Shown: in pieces, positions 32,118 through 42,725 of the stretch
Layout of the letters: every line of letters starts with the position of its first letter
How positions within the stretch are numbered: the stretch's first letter is position 1
NCBI GenBank assembly: GCA_016200485.1
Contig: JACQEP010000001.1
Coordinates: 9,901 to 73,900 of the forward strand
Direction: 5' to 3'
From: Gammaproteobacteria bacterium
GTDB taxonomy: Bacteria > Pseudomonadota > Gammaproteobacteria > Tenderiales > Tenderiaceae
Length of the DNA stretch: 64,000 nt
The notes under the pieces: model-generated
What the model saw: the letters and a program-made list of their open reading frames with translations, nothing else
What the model was told of the DNA's origin: nothing
Database searches by the model: none
Program-made: the position numbers and the translations under genes

Positions 32118-32725
32118 TAGCGCTTAAACGTCTCCACCCACCATTGCGGAGTCGCAGATTCCACTTCCCCGCTTTCCTGAATTTTGTTAGCCAGTTCCAG
32201 TGCAGCCATCCCCGGCGCTGAAGCGATCAAATAAATATTATTCTCCTGCAGTACGGCGCGTACGACACGCAACTGCCAGCGTTGCGCCCAAGCATCGATC
32301 TCGGCCTTTTTCCATACCAATGGAAATCGCACCACCACACCACCGCCGAGACTTAAACGAGGGCCACCGACCGCTGAACGATAAAACACCGGCGAGAACG
32401 TGATAGCCGTTGATTTGGCAGCAAGGCTACGTGTAAGTGTGGGTGCGTCCTGCCCTGCCTCAAGCCGCCAATAGCGCACTTGACCACGCGATTCGATCAA
32501 CGTGGCCTTCGGCGCCAATGCGCGCAGCGCGGCGCTGGGCGCTGCATCGGCCGCGGCGAATTCGGCGACTTCGGAATTGCTGACATAAATCTCACGCCAT
32601 CGCTCGCCGTCATAATATTTCAGCGGCGCCGTGCCTGCTGCCGTTGAGATCGCGGCGCCGGATAGTCCTGCCTGACAGCCCCAACCGAATAATGCAATCA
32701 GGCAACTCCATAGCAATCGTTTCAT
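32117..32725 (-). CDS. Secreted protein, candidate external chaperone / propeptide-like partner of the adjacent S8 protease
   Basis: 202 aa with a signal peptide, starting 12 nt after the protease stop. It has two internally similar halves ending ...ITFSPVFY and ...VESATPQWWVE. The second half (VVVRFPLVWKKAEIDAWAQRWQLRVVRAVLQENNIYLIASAPGMAALELANKIQESGEVESATP) resembles a subtilase prodomain (I9-like) pattern. Confidence 0.5.
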   Translation of the reverse strand: MKRLLWSCLIALFGWGCQAGLSGAAISTAAGTAPLKYYDGERWREIYVSNSEVAEFAAADAAPSAALRALAPKATLIESRGQVRYWRLEAGQDAPTLTRSLAAKSTAITFSPVFYRSAVGGPRLSLGGGVVVRFPLVWKKAEIDAWAQRWQLRVVRAVLQENNIYLIASAPGMAALELANKIQESGEVESATPQWWVETFKR

Positions 32726-32737
32726 CTGTTGCTCCTG

Positions 32738-34360
32738 TTAATTGGCGCGGCCATAGATACGCAAGGCCCAATTCTGGAAATCACCAGTAAAATAAGTTGC
32801 ATTGAGATCTGCTACCGTCAGGCGCCATTTTCCAAGTGAACTCTCTCCCATATGGCGCACACTGGTAAACACCCAATGATCGTAACGCTGCGTGCAAATG
32901 TTGGTAAGCGAGGGACAATTATGCTGTTCCGCCAGGACGCTCTGCCCGCCGCTGGGCGCTGTCAGTACAATTTTCAGATCACCGGGGGACACATGGTTAG
33001 CGGCGGTAAATTCGATCTCGACACGCTCGACAACAATATCGCTACCAATAGTAATCTCACTGAAAATCCCCGTGGGGTCGTTATCGGGAATTTGGAGGCC
33101 GGAACTGGCGCTGCCGATCACCATCACCTGCGCCCCGACATTAACCCAGGACTTTGCCAAATTAACCGCAGCAGCAGCATCCACGACACCAAAACCATAT
33201 TTATGGTTGATGTGATATTGAGGCTGCCCAGCCTTGTTGTGGGTTACCGTCCAATCAGAATCTGTTGGATGATTCTTGCGCGCGCTTTGTGCCAAAATCA
33301 GCGGCACATCGCGCCAACCGAGATTAGGATTAGCCTCTAACATCAATGCCACAATACCGGAAACCAGCGGCGTGGCGGCCGAGGTTCCGGCAAAAGCCCC
33401 CGTATAACTTTGGTCTGCATAATCAACTGCATTATTCCCATTCGCGAGATTAATGGTATTGTTATAACCTGAAGCCCCGGTGACATCCGTCGTCGTCAGT
33501 CCAATTGATTGCCCACCCGGCGCACAAACCAACAGGTTAGCACCCTTCTCAGAATAATCGGTCTTGGTGCCTTGCTCACCGACCGCACACACTGCGATCA
33601 CATGCCGATCATTGGCTTGATTATCGTAATTGCTGTTATCGACATTGTTCTTACCACCATTGCCTGCAGCCCAGACATAGATCGTACCCTTGCCGCCACG
33701 CCCAGTCGTAACACCGGCTTGAATTGAGTCGCGCCAAAGTGTATCGGGTGTCGAAATCACTTCACCGCTACCATCGCTGTTATCACCCCAGCTGTTGCTC
33801 GACACCGAGACGCTATTGGCATTCAACGTCATCGCTTTGGCCATATCTGAGGTCGATACAGGGTTCGTCCATAACAGGTTATAACCCGCCAAGGTGACGC
33901 GCGGCGCGGCGCCGCGTCCGCCGATATTGTTACCGGCACTGGCACCAATCAATCCTGCGACTGCGGTACCATGGCCTTGAGACGGATTCGTGGGCGAGGG
34001 ATCGTGACCACCCGTCTTGAAATCGTAGCTTGATGTCAGCGAAACATTGGCAGAGAGATCAGGATGCTTAATCTCAAGACCATCATCGACCACCGCTACT
34101 GTCACGCCCTGCCCCCCGGAACCTGCATTCCACACCGGCAGCACATTGATATCTTCACCCGGAATTGTGTTGAAAAACTGACCTTGATTGTATAAATGCC
34201 ATTGATCTGCGAATAGCGGATCATTGCCGAGCAAGGTACCATATTGTGCCGGCACGATAGATGCACTACTGCTACCTCCACCGCCACCGCCACAACTCGA
34301 GAGAGTTACTACAATGAACGCAATGACTCCGTGCCGCCACACGGCAATCTGTCGTGACAT
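32738..34360 (-). CDS. Kexin/furin-like S8 serine protease lipoprotein with a C-terminal P-domain and no N-terminal prodomain
   Basis: 540 aa with lipobox LSSC followed by a Gly/Ser linker. The mature-type start DPLFADQWHL follows directly. Catalytic motifs are VAVVDDG, GHGTAVAG, SNSWG, AAGNGG and AGTSAATPLVSG. The P-domain pattern is GDLKIVLTAPSG...GKWRLTVAD...WALRIYG. Confidence 0.9.
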   Translation of the reverse strand: MSRQIAVWRHGVIAFIVVTLSSCGGGGGGSSSASIVPAQYGTLLGNDPLFADQWHLYNQGQFFNTIPGEDINVLPVWNAGSGGQGVTVAVVDDGLEIKHPDLSANVSLTSSYDFKTGGHDPSPTNPSQGHGTAVAGLIGASAGNNIGGRGAAPRVTLAGYNLLWTNPVSTSDMAKAMTLNANSVSVSSNSWGDNSDGSGEVISTPDTLWRDSIQAGVTTGRGGKGTIYVWAAGNGGKNNVDNSNYDNQANDRHVIAVCAVGEQGTKTDYSEKGANLLVCAPGGQSIGLTTTDVTGASGYNNTINLANGNNAVDYADQSYTGAFAGTSAATPLVSGIVALMLEANPNLGWRDVPLILAQSARKNHPTDSDWTVTHNKAGQPQYHINHKYGFGVVDAAAAVNLAKSWVNVGAQVMVIGSASSGLQIPDNDPTGIFSEITIGSDIVVERVEIEFTAANHVSPGDLKIVLTAPSGGQSVLAEQHNCPSLTNICTQRYDHWVFTSVRHMGESSLGKWRLTVADLNATYFTGDFQNWALRIYGRAN

Positions 34361-34362
34361 GA

Positions 34363-35427
34363 TCAGCGCACCCGGCGCATCAATAACGCCGCAATGCCCA
34401 GGAATAACAGTGGCGCCACTGATACCGCCACCGGTAGCGGAAAGTTATATACCAGGCCCAGTTGGGCAATGGTTTGATCTGCCAGATAAAACCCGATGCC
34501 TAATAACACACCAAAAAAAATCCGGGCACCAATCCCAACCGAACGCAAAGGTCCAAATACAAACGGCACCGCCAGAAAAACCATTACCGCGATGACAAGG
34601 GGAGAAATCGCTTTTTTCCACAAGGAAAGTACATACTTTGTCGCATCCAAACCATTCTTCTGTAAATATTCAATATAGTGATAGGTTCCCACCACCGACA
34701 AATACTCTGGTTGTATCGCAACTACACTAATCATCTGCGGCGCCAGCATAGAGCGCCATTCAACCCGTTCCGGATGGGTAGTCTGAACGCTTTGTCCGCT
34801 CAATACGCTGCGTGACACATCCTTGAGCACCCAGATTCCATTCTCGAAATCCGCATGTTTGGCCTGCGTGATTGCGCTCATCTTATGGTTCACATCGAAT
34901 TCATAGATCGATACATTCGCAACGGATTCCGCTGCCAATACATCCTTGATATGAACCACGGCGTCACCATCACGCGCCCATAACCCCATCTCGCCATGAA
35001 AGCCGACTTGTTCATTAAGCGCGTTGGCGCGCAAACTTTGCGCCTTGATTTCACTGGCTGGCGCCACAAACTCGCCGATAATAATCATGATTACCGTCAA
35101 CAATAACCCAGCCTGCATGGCGGACCAAACAATGCGCCATACCGAGACACCCGCAGCACGAATCACAATCAGCTCGCTATTGCCTGCGAGAATGCCCAAT
35201 CCGATAATACTGCCAAGCAATACCATTAGCGGAAACATCTGATAAACGATGTTCGGCATTAACATCAACGTGTAAATCCCTGCCTGCAATGCGCCGTAAT
35301 TGCCGCGTCCGATATCGCCAAATTCACCAACGAAACTGATAAACCCGAACAATGCCATCAGCACTACCGTCACCACTGCAGTACTCTGCAACACAGTAAG
35401 CGCAATATAACGATCCAGAATACGCAT
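34363..35427 (-). CDS. lptG: LPS export ABC transporter permease LptG
   Basis: Canonical start MRILDRYIALTVL at the ATG ending at 35427, overlapping the lptF stop by 1 nt (TAATG). The 51-codon upstream extension in the ORF track lies inside lptF. Confidence 0.9.
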   Translation of the reverse strand: MRILDRYIALTVLQSTAVVTVVLMALFGFISFVGEFGDIGRGNYGALQAGIYTLMLMPNIVYQMFPLMVLLGSIIGLGILAGNSELIVIRAAGVSVWRIVWSAMQAGLLLTVIMIIIGEFVAPASEIKAQSLRANALNEQVGFHGEMGLWARDGDAVVHIKDVLAAESVANVSIYEFDVNHKMSAITQAKHADFENGIWVLKDVSRSVLSGQSVQTTHPERVEWRSMLAPQMISVVAIQPEYLSVVGTYHYIEYLQKNGLDATKYVLSLWKKAISPLVIAVMVFLAVPFVFGPLRSVGIGARIFFGVLLGIGFYLADQTIAQLGLVYNFPLPVAVSVAPLLFLGIAALLMRRVR

Positions 35428-36536
35428 TAACCCGCCTCGTGGATTGCAGCACGTCGCAGTCGCGCCGCCGCCAATTGCCCTTGAGCCTGCATGATCAACA
35501 CAATAACGATCACCGCTGCCACCAGCGCGTGAATAATCCATAATCCGTATTGCGGTGGGATTGAGCCTTTTTCCAGCCAAGAGCGAGCGACGCTGAGCGT
35601 ATTGTTATAAATCACATACACCAGTATCCCGACGAAGAATTTGGCAAAGCGGCCCTGCCTCGGGTTAGTACGACTGAGAAACACCGCCAGCATTGCCAGC
35701 AGCACCGTGGAGACCGGCATCGACCAGCGCCATTGCACTTCCGCCTTCGCCCAAAGATCTCCCGCTTGCATCAATTGCAGCGTACTCATCGCCGCAGGAG
35801 AACCACTGACGTCACTCACAATCTCAGACTCTTTTACGCGCACACCATGGCGCTTGAACTCGATGACGCGAAAATCGGCGCTGCCCGGATTACCTTCGTA
35901 ACGATATCCGTCTTCCAGCACCAGATAACTACCGCCATGCACTGGATCAACCAGGTGTTGCGCCCGTGGAGCAACGATGACATTCTGCCGCTCAGCATTA
36001 TTCTGCTGGATAAACACATTTTCCATGTTAATGCCATCATCCGCCAGCCGTTCGGCATAAAACACCAGCTTGCTATTGCTGAGTTCACGGAACTGGCCAC
36101 CCACCACCATTTCCAACCCCGATGTCGATTCCATCTGTTTACTTAGCCTAAAACGCTCGGCATTCGCCCAAGGGCCGAGAAACAACGACAGTGACGAGAC
36201 TACCAAAGAAAACCCGAGGGCAACCCAGAACACCAGCTTGGCGACGCGCAAGGGACTCACGCCACAGGCGAACATGGCAGCCATCTCGTTATCTTTATAA
36301 AGACGACCCAGCGCCAACAAGACCGCCAAATAGAGCGCCAGGGGTAACAAGATCACCAGGGCATCAAGCGATTTCAAGGCCAGGAGCAGGAATAACACTT
36401 TGCCATTGACATCGCCGGCCGCCACTTGCCCGAGCAATCGGGCAAACCAGGTGCTGACAAAGATCAAAAACAGCACGGTCGTCACCGCAATCAGGGTGCC
36501 GAACAGTTCTTTGAACAAATAGCGCTCAATGATCAT
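35427..36536 (-). CDS. lptF: LPS export ABC transporter permease LptF
   Basis: 369 aa starting MIIERYLFKEL with YjgP/YjgQ topology, divergent from pepA as in many gammaproteobacteria. Confidence 0.9.
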   Translation of the reverse strand: MIIERYLFKELFGTLIAVTTVLFLIFVSTWFARLLGQVAAGDVNGKVLFLLLALKSLDALVILLPLALYLAVLLALGRLYKDNEMAAMFACGVSPLRVAKLVFWVALGFSLVVSSLSLFLGPWANAERFRLSKQMESTSGLEMVVGGQFRELSNSKLVFYAERLADDGINMENVFIQQNNAERQNVIVAPRAQHLVDPVHGGSYLVLEDGYRYEGNPGSADFRVIEFKRHGVRVKESEIVSDVSGSPAAMSTLQLMQAGDLWAKAEVQWRWSMPVSTVLLAMLAVFLSRTNPRQGRFAKFFVGILVYVIYNNTLSVARSWLEKGSIPPQYGLWIIHALVAAVIVIVLIMQAQGQLAAARLRRAAIHEAG

Positions 36537-36750
36537 CGTCGCCCAGAACTATGTAACAAGTAAGTGGAAAAATGCGGGGATTTGAGTAAACTTGTCCAAT
36601 ATACCCGATTTTTGAAATTTAACACTATCATACTGGCTGAAATTAAAGGACATAAGTTTCAGTTTTGAGCGGCCATCAGGAAGCAGGATTGCAATGTTTA
36701 ATAATAACCCGTTTCGATCAGGGTAACGGAGTTACCAGGGAGCACATGTC

Positions 36751-38247
36751 ATGGAGTTTACTGCAAAAAGCGGCCACCCAGAAAAGCAACGCACTGCTTG
36801 CTTGGTGGTAGGTGTCTTCGAACCGCGGCGGTTATCGCCCGCTGCCGAAAAACTGGACGAGGCCAGCGGTGGCTTCATCTCCAATTTGCTGCGTCGCGGC
36901 GACCTGGAAGGGAAGCTGGGGCAGATTCTGTTTCTGCATAATGTACCCAACACTCTTTGTGACCGGGTATTGCTGGTTGGCTGTGGCAAAGAACGTGATT
37001 TACACGATACCCAATACCGCAAAATCATCGCCACGGCGGCCAACACCCTGAATGAAAGCGGTGCGATGGAGGCTGTGTGCTGCCTCACCGAGATCCACGT
37101 CAAAGGTCGCGATGGCCACTGGAACATCCGCCAGGCCGTCGAAGCCTTTGAAGATGCGCTCTACACCTTTGATCAGTTCAAATCGAAAAAAGACGCGGCA
37201 CGCCGCCCACTACGCAAAGTGGTGTTGAGCGTGGGCAGCCGCCGCGATCTGCCCGATGGTGAGCGCGCCGTGGCCGAGGGCTATGCCATCGCCCAGGGCG
37301 TGAAACTAACCAAGGATCTCGGCAACCTGCCAGCTAATATCTGCACGCCGACTTATCTGGCAGAACAGGCGCAACAACTGGCCAAAGACCACGCCGGCAT
37401 CCAGTGTGAGGTGATGCACGGCAAGGAGATCGAGGCCTTCGGCATGGGCTCGTTCTGGTCGGTCGCCAAGGGCAGTCGCCAGGAACCCAAATTCATCACC
37501 TTGCGCTATCAGGGCGACAACGCTGAGCAAAAGCCCATCGTCCTCGTTGGCAAGGGGATCACCTTCGATTCTGGTGGCATCTCCATCAAACCTGCAGCGA
37601 ACATGGACGAAATGAAATACGACATGTGCGGCGCGGCCAGTGTCATCGGCACCTTCCGGGCGATGGCGGAATTGAAGTTGCCATTAAACGTGATTGGCTT
37701 AATCCCGACCTGTGAAAACCTGCCCGACGGCAACGCCAATAAACCAGGCGACATCGTCACCAGCCTTTCGGGTCAGACCATTGAAGTGCTGAACACTGAT
37801 GCTGAAGGGCGACTGATCCTGTGCGACGCCCTCACCTACGCCGAACGTTTCGAGCCGGAAAGCGTGATCGATATTGCCACCCTGACCGGCGCCTGCGTCG
37901 TCGCCCTCGGCAAGCATGCCTCGGGGCTACTCGGCAACCACAGCCCGCTGGTGAATGATTTGCTCGACGCCGGCAAGACCTGCGGCGACCGGGCCTGGGA
38001 ACTGCCGTTGTGGGATGAATATCAGGAACAGCTCAACAGCCCCTTCGCCGACATGGCCAACATCGGCGGCAAAGAGGCGGGGACGATCACCGCGGCCTGC
38101 TTCCTGTCGCGCTTTACCAAGAAGTTTCATTGGGCGCATCTGGATATCGCGGGCAGCGCCTGGCGTTCGGGCGACAAGAAAGGCGCCACTGGCCGGCCGG
38201 TACCCTTGCTGACGCAATTTTTGCTTGATCGTTGTGCGGCGAAATAA
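36751..38247 (+). CDS. pepA: Leucyl aminopeptidase
   Basis: 498 aa with [11 protein letters not shown] and the NTDAEGRL signature. Confidence 0.95.
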   Translation: MEFTAKSGHPEKQRTACLVVGVFEPRRLSPAAEKLDEASGGFISNLLRRGDLEGKLGQILFLHNVPNTLCDRVLLVGCGKERDLHDTQYRKIIATAANTLNESGAMEAVCCLTEIHVKGRDGHWNIRQAVEAFEDALYTFDQFKSKKDAARRPLRKVVLSVGSRRDLPDGERAVAEGYAIAQGVKLTKDLGNLPANICTPTYLAEQAQQLAKDHAGIQCEVMHGKEIEAFGMGSFWSVAKGSRQEPKFITLRYQGDNAEQKPIVLVGKGITFDSGGISIKPAANMDEMKYDMCGAASVIGTFRAMAELKLPLNVIGLIPTCENLPDGNANKPGDIVTSLSGQTIEVLNTDAEGRLILCDALTYAERFEPESVIDIATLTGACVVALGKHASGLLGNHSPLVNDLLDAGKTCGDRAWELPLWDEYQEQLNSPFADMANIGGKEAGTITAACFLSRFTKKFHWAHLDIAGSAWRSGDKKGATGRPVPLLTQFLLDRCAAK

Positions 38248-38258
38248 GTGCCAACTCA

Positions 38259-38338
38259 CCACGGAGGCACGGAGAAGAGCTATTCTGAGGCTGGCTGATT
38301 TGTCCTTCACAAGCTCTGTGACCTCTATGTCTCTGTGG
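38259..38338. repeat. Imperfect palindromic intergenic element (GGAG/CAGAG-rich arms)
   Basis: CCACGGAGGCACGGAGAAGAGC (38259-38280) is roughly complementary to GCTCTGTGACCTCTATGTCTCTGTGG (38313-38338). It has the same style as the element after valS. Confidence 0.5.
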
Positions 38339-38351
38339 TAAATTTTAAAAC

Positions 38352-38807
38352 ATGACGCGCATAGACTTTTACGTCCTGCCTGACGCCAGCCCAAAGGGAC
38401 GGGATCTCTTCGCCTGCCGTCTGGCGGAAAAGGCCTATCGCCTCGGCCATAGCGTCTATATCCAAACGGCGGATGCCGCGCATGCCAAGGCGCTGGATGA
38501 ACTACTCTGGACCTATGCCCAAAACAGTTTTGTGCCGCACGGTATTGATGGCGAATCGCCAGACCCGGAGGCCCCGGTACTGATTGGCAGCACGCCGGCC
38601 TTACGCAATCCGGAAGAGGCGCACAAGCGCGAGGTATTAATTAATCTGGCGCCGGAAGTACCGCTGTTTTTCAGCACTTTTGCCCGCGTCGCCGAGGTCG
38701 TGAATCAGGAAGAACAATGCAAACTGGCGGGCCGCGAGCACTACCGCTTTTATCGTGACCGAGGGTATAGCCTCGAAAATCACACCATCAACCCGGGCAT
38801 GACATGA
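38352..38807 (+). CDS. holC: DNA polymerase III subunit chi
   Basis: 151 aa starting MTRIDFYVL with HolC-like sequence, in the conserved pepA-holC-valS position. Confidence 0.85.
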   Translation: MTRIDFYVLPDASPKGRDLFACRLAEKAYRLGHSVYIQTADAAHAKALDELLWTYAQNSFVPHGIDGESPDPEAPVLIGSTPALRNPEEAHKREVLINLAPEVPLFFSTFARVAEVVNQEEQCKLAGREHYRFYRDRGYSLENHTINPGMT

Positions 38808-41800
38808 GCGCTAAGACACCCACTGAACCGCCTCACTCATCCGGGCTGCCAGACATCCTGGCCAACGATCCGCTGCCGGTACTTAGTGAAGTTGTCCCCA
38901 CACCGCCTCAAACCGCGCCACGCCCGGCCCCGCCGGCAGCGGAATCGAACACCGTCCTGCCATCGTTGGTAAAGCTGGTGGATTCCTTGGTCAGTCGCCG
39001 CATGGACCTAATCGCGGCGCAAATTGAAGCGGAATTGAGTACCAGTGCGCACCCGTTACTGGGGCAACAGATCGCCCGCGCTATCCGCAGCGCCAATCTG
39101 CACGACGCGCCGGCCGCCACTGAAGCGGCAATTGAACCGGCAACTCCAACGCCGAACCCGAATACGTTACAATCCCGCCCTTTGAAAGCGAAGGAAGTGT
39201 CAGCAGTGCAAGCACCAACATCAGACAGCCTGGATAAGACCTATAACCCTCACGCCATCGAACAAACCTGGTATCAGCGCTGGGAAAAAGCAGGGCATTT
39301 CAAGCCGAGCGGCCAGGGGCAATCGTATTGCATCATGATCCCGCCGCCGAATGTCACCGGCAGCTTGCACATGGGCCACGCCTTCCAGGACACGATCATG
39401 GATGCGTTGATTCGTTATCACCGCATGCGCGGCGACAACACGTTGTGGCAGGCGGGCACCGACCATGCCGGGATCGCCACGCAAATGGTGGTCGAGCGCC
39501 AGCTCAACGCCCAAGGCAAGACACGCCACGATCTGGGCCGCGACGCCTTCATCGAACAAGTCTGGAAATGGAAGGCCGAATCCGGCGGCACCATCACCCG
39601 CCAATTACGGCGCATGGGCGCCTCGCTCGACTGGAGCCGCGAGCGCTTCACCATGGATGACGGTCTCTCTCACGCCGTGCATGAAGTGTTCGTCCGCCTC
39701 TATGAAGAAGGTCTGATTTATCGCGGCCAGCGTTTGGTGAATTGGGATCCGGTGCTACACACTGCCGTCTCCGATCTGGAAGTGATTTCACAGGAAGAAG
39801 ACGGCCAGATCTGGTACCTGCGTTATCCATTGGCCGGTGGCAGCGAACATCTGGTCGTCGCCACTACTCGTCCCGAAACGATGCTCGGCGACACCGCTGT
39901 CGCCGTGCATCCGGAAGACGAACGTTACAAACATCTCATCGGCCGTGAGATCACGCTGCCGCTGACCGGTCGTCGCATCCCGGTGATCGGCGATGATTAT
40001 GTTGACCCTGCCTTTGGCAGTGGTTGCGTCAAGATTACTCCGGCACATGATTTTAACGATTACGCCATCGGCCAGCGTCATCAATTGCCGATGATCAACA
40101 TCTTCACTGATGACGCACGCATCAACAACGTACCGCCAGTGCAATATCGCGGCCTGGATCGTTATGAGGCGCGCAAAAGAGTCGCCGCCGACCTGGAAGC
40201 ACTCGGTTTGATTGAGAAGATAGCGCCGCACAAATTAATGGTGCCGCGTGGCGATCGCTCACACGCAGTGATCGAGCCCTATCTCACCGATCAATGGTTC
40301 GTCAAAGCTGGCCCACTCGCTGAACCCGCAATCAAAGCGGTGGAAGAAGGCAGGATTCGCTTCGTGCCTGATAACTGGAAGAACACCTATTTCGATTGGA
40401 TGCGCAACATCGAAGACTGGTGTATCTCGCGCCAGATCTGGTGGGGCCATCGCATCCCGGCCTGGCATGATGAACATGGCAATGTCTTTGTCGCCCGTAG
40501 CGAAGAAGATGCTCGTGCCCAGGCGCGCGCCAAACATGGCGACGATGTATTGCTTACCCAGGATACCGACGTGCTCGATACCTGGTTCTCGTCGGCGTTG
40601 TGGCCATTCTCCACGCTCGGCTGGCCGGAACAAACACCGGAGCTGAAAACTTTCTATCCGACCAATGTCCTGGTCACCGGTTTCGACATCATTTTCTTCT
40701 GGGTCGCGCGGATGATCATGATGGGCCTGAAATTCACCGGCGAAGTGCCGTTCCATGAAGTCTACATCCACGGCCTGGTACGTGATGCACATGGCCACAA
40801 GATGTCGAAATCAAAAGGCAATGTGCTCGATCCCATCGATCTGATTGACGGCATTGATCTCGAATCATTGGTCAAAAAACGCACCTCTGGCCTGATGAAG
40901 CCGGAAGACGCCCCCAAGATCGAACAGGCGACACGCAAGGAATTTGCGGAAGGTATCGCACCCTATGGCACCGATGCGCTACGCTTCACCTATGCCGCGC
41001 TCGCCTCCACCGGCCGCGATATCAAATTCGATCTTGGCCGCATCGAAGGTTATCGCAACTTCTGCAACAAGTTGTGGAATGCGGCGCGTTATGTGCTGAT
41101 GAACACTGAAGGACAGGATTGTGGCCAGCAAAATGGCGATATCGAACTCAGCCTTGCCGATCGCTGGATTTTGAGCCGCCTGCACCAGACCACCACCCAA
41201 GTCACGCAATCGATCGATAATTACCGCTTCGATCACGCTGCGCAGGCAATTTACGAATTCCTGTGGAATGAATATTGCGACTGGTATCTCGAACTTTCAA
41301 AAGTCGTACTCAACAATCCCAACAGCAGCGACGCCGCCAAACGCGGCACGCGCCACACCTTGGTACACGCACTCGAAGCGATCCTGCGTCTCGCCCATCC
41401 GTTGATGCCCTTCATCACCGAAGAGATCTGGCAACGCGTGGCACCACTCGCCGCCAGGCAGGGCGACACCATTATGCTACAACCCTACCCACGCACCGAT
41501 GAATTCACAACAGATGCCAACATCGAATCCGAAATGCGCTGGGTGATGGATTTTATTCTCGGCGTCCGCACCATTCGCGGCGAAATGAACATCGCCCCCG
41601 GCAAACTGCTGCCCGTGCTATTGCACAACGGTTCTACCGAAGACGCGGCACGCCTGGAACACAGCCGCGCCTATCTTAACAACCTGGCGCGGCTCGAAAG
41701 CATCACCTGGCTGACACCTGACACCACACCACCGGAAAGCGCGATCGCCCTGGTCGGCGAAATGAAAATCTTGATCCCAATGGCAGGGCTGATCGACAAA

Positions 41801-42001
41801 GACGCCGAGCTGGCACGACTGGCAAAACAGATCGAGAAACTGCAAAAAGATTTGGAACGCACCGAAGCCAAACTCAGCAACGAGAGCTTTGTCGGCAAGG
41901 CCCCGGTTGAGGTTGTTGATAAAGAGCGGCAAAAAATCGCCGAAATGCGCGCCTCGCTGACGCAGTTACAGGAGCAACAAGCGCGGATTCAGGCGCTTTA
42001 A
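38804..42001 (+). CDS. valS: Valine--tRNA ligase with an in-frame ~134-codon N-terminal extension
   Basis: The canonical ValS body starts at ...[18 protein letters not shown]. It has the HIGH motif (SLHMGHAF), KMSKS (HKMSKSKGN) and a C-terminal coiled coil. The ORF opens at an ATG overlapping the holC stop (ATGA). Alternative canonical-length starts are the GTGs at 39197 and 39206, after GAAGGAAG. Confidence 0.9.
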   Translation: MSAKTPTEPPHSSGLPDILANDPLPVLSEVVPTPPQTAPRPAPPAAESNTVLPSLVKLVDSLVSRRMDLIAAQIEAELSTSAHPLLGQQIARAIRSANLHDAPAATEAAIEPATPTPNPNTLQSRPLKAKEVSAVQAPTSDSLDKTYNPHAIEQTWYQRWEKAGHFKPSGQGQSYCIMIPPPNVTGSLHMGHAFQDTIMDALIRYHRMRGDNTLWQAGTDHAGIATQMVVERQLNAQGKTRHDLGRDAFIEQVWKWKAESGGTITRQLRRMGASLDWSRERFTMDDGLSHAVHEVFVRLYEEGLIYRGQRLVNWDPVLHTAVSDLEVISQEEDGQIWYLRYPLAGGSEHLVVATTRPETMLGDTAVAVHPEDERYKHLIGREITLPLTGRRIPVIGDDYVDPAFGSGCVKITPAHDFNDYAIGQRHQLPMINIFTDDARINNVPPVQYRGLDRYEARKRVAADLEALGLIEKIAPHKLMVPRGDRSHAVIEPYLTDQWFVKAGPLAEPAIKAVEEGRIRFVPDNWKNTYFDWMRNIEDWCISRQIWWGHRIPAWHDEHGNVFVARSEEDARAQARAKHGDDVLLTQDTDVLDTWFSSALWPFSTLGWPEQTPELKTFYPTNVLVTGFDIIFFWVARMIMMGLKFTGEVPFHEVYIHGLVRDAHGHKMSKSKGNVLDPIDLIDGIDLESLVKKRTSGLMKPEDAPKIEQATRKEFAEGIAPYGTDALRFTYAALASTGRDIKFDLGRIEGYRNFCNKLWNAARYVLMNTEGQDCGQQNGDIELSLADRWILSRLHQTTTQVTQSIDNYRFDHAAQAIYEFLWNEYCDWYLELSKVVLNNPNSSDAAKRGTRHTLVHALEAILRLAHPLMPFITEEIWQRVAPLAARQGDTIMLQPYPRTDEFTTDANIESEMRWVMDFILGVRTIRGEMNIAPGKLLPVLLHNGSTEDAARLEHSRAYLNNLARLESITWLTPDTTPPESAIALVGEMKILIPMAGLIDKDAELARLAKQIEKLQKDLERTEAKLSNESFVGKAPVEVVDKERQKIAEMRASLTQLQEQQARIQAL

Positions 42002-42014
42002 GTTTGAAAGATCT

Positions 42015-42147
42015 AACGCGGAGACGCAAAGGCGCAGAGAAGAAAAATTAAATATGGAATAAGATACCTGTTCCTGTAGTCGCTGCTACATCGACAAACT
42101 CGGCGGTTCCGACAAGAATTTCCTCTGCGTCTCCGCGCCTCTGCGTT
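42015..42147. repeat. MITE-like element: ~28-bp imperfect terminal inverted repeats flanking ~76 bp
   Basis: AACGCGGAGACGCAAAGGCGCAGAGAAG (42015-42042) faces TTCCTCTGCGTCTCCGCGCCTCTGCGTT (42119-42147). About 22 of 28 positions are complementary. It is followed by a T7 run just after valS. Confidence 0.55.
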
Positions 42148-42249
42148 GGATTTTTTTAAAGGGTGTTAACCATCCACTTGCGGCTTGAAGCGACGGCAAC
42201 TTCTCGACTACACTGATTTACCGCTTTATCGGGGAGAAAGATCAAGATC

Positions 42250-42699
42250 ATGGATCGGATCGTTACACTCGGCCTGACCGCCACCCTGATCGCCGCGCTG
42301 TTTTGCGGCAGTCACCTCGCGCGCGCCGAAACCACTTCGCTACCCGTCGTTGAGCAAGGCGTCATCGGCGGTTCAGTCTCCCGCGCCACCTTCACCAGCA
42401 GCGTGGTCAATCGCGAACCCATCGACAAAATTTCCGAATTGCGCAACGACCAGCGCTATGTCTATTTCTTCTCGGAACTCAAGGGGATGACCGGACGCAC
42501 CATCAGCCATCGCTGGGAATATGGTGGCAAAATCATGAGTGAAACAAAATTTGATGTCGGTGCCCCTCGCTGGCGCGCGTGGTCAGGCACCACCTTATTC
42601 CCCGAGCAAACCGGAGAATGGACGGTCTCTGTCATCAATGACTTGGGCGAAACTATTTATTCCGCCAAGTTACAATACCTTGATAAAAAATCTCCGTAG
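42250..42699 (+). CDS. Secreted DUF2914-like protein
   Basis: 149 aa with a signal peptide and the pattern REP...YVYFFSELKGMTGRTISHRWEYGG...WRAWSGTTL...GEWTVSVINDLGE, typical of DUF2914 as I recall it. Confidence 0.6.
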   Translation: MDRIVTLGLTATLIAALFCGSHLARAETTSLPVVEQGVIGGSVSRATFTSSVVNREPIDKISELRNDQRYVYFFSELKGMTGRTISHRWEYGGKIMSETKFDVGAPRWRAWSGTTLFPEQTGEWTVSVINDLGETIYSAKLQYLDKKSP

Positions 42700-42700
42700 A

Positions 42701-42718
42701 GGCGATTCATGAATCGCC
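42701..42718. terminator. 18-bp perfect palindrome between the convergent DUF2914 and prfC genes
   Basis: GGCGATTCATGAATCGCC lies in the 26-nt gap between the two stops. There is no clear U-tract. Confidence 0.4.
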
Positions 42719-42725
42719 CCTAGAA

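Noticed and set aside
35428-35580. 51-codon N-terminal extension of lptG in the ORF track
   Set aside because: It lies inside the lptF coding region. The canonical LptG start MRILDRYI sits at the TAATG junction with the lptF stop. Similar non-homologous extensions were trimmed for purL (57120-57197), folK (22170-22250), glbN (44496-44549), purC (60854-60883), panC (14185-14211) and the aldolase (15723-15755).
38804-39205. Separate small gene between holC and valS
   Set aside because: There is no stop codon anywhere in this frame before the ValS body. As sequenced, it cannot be an independent ORF. It is reported instead as an in-frame extension that needs verification.
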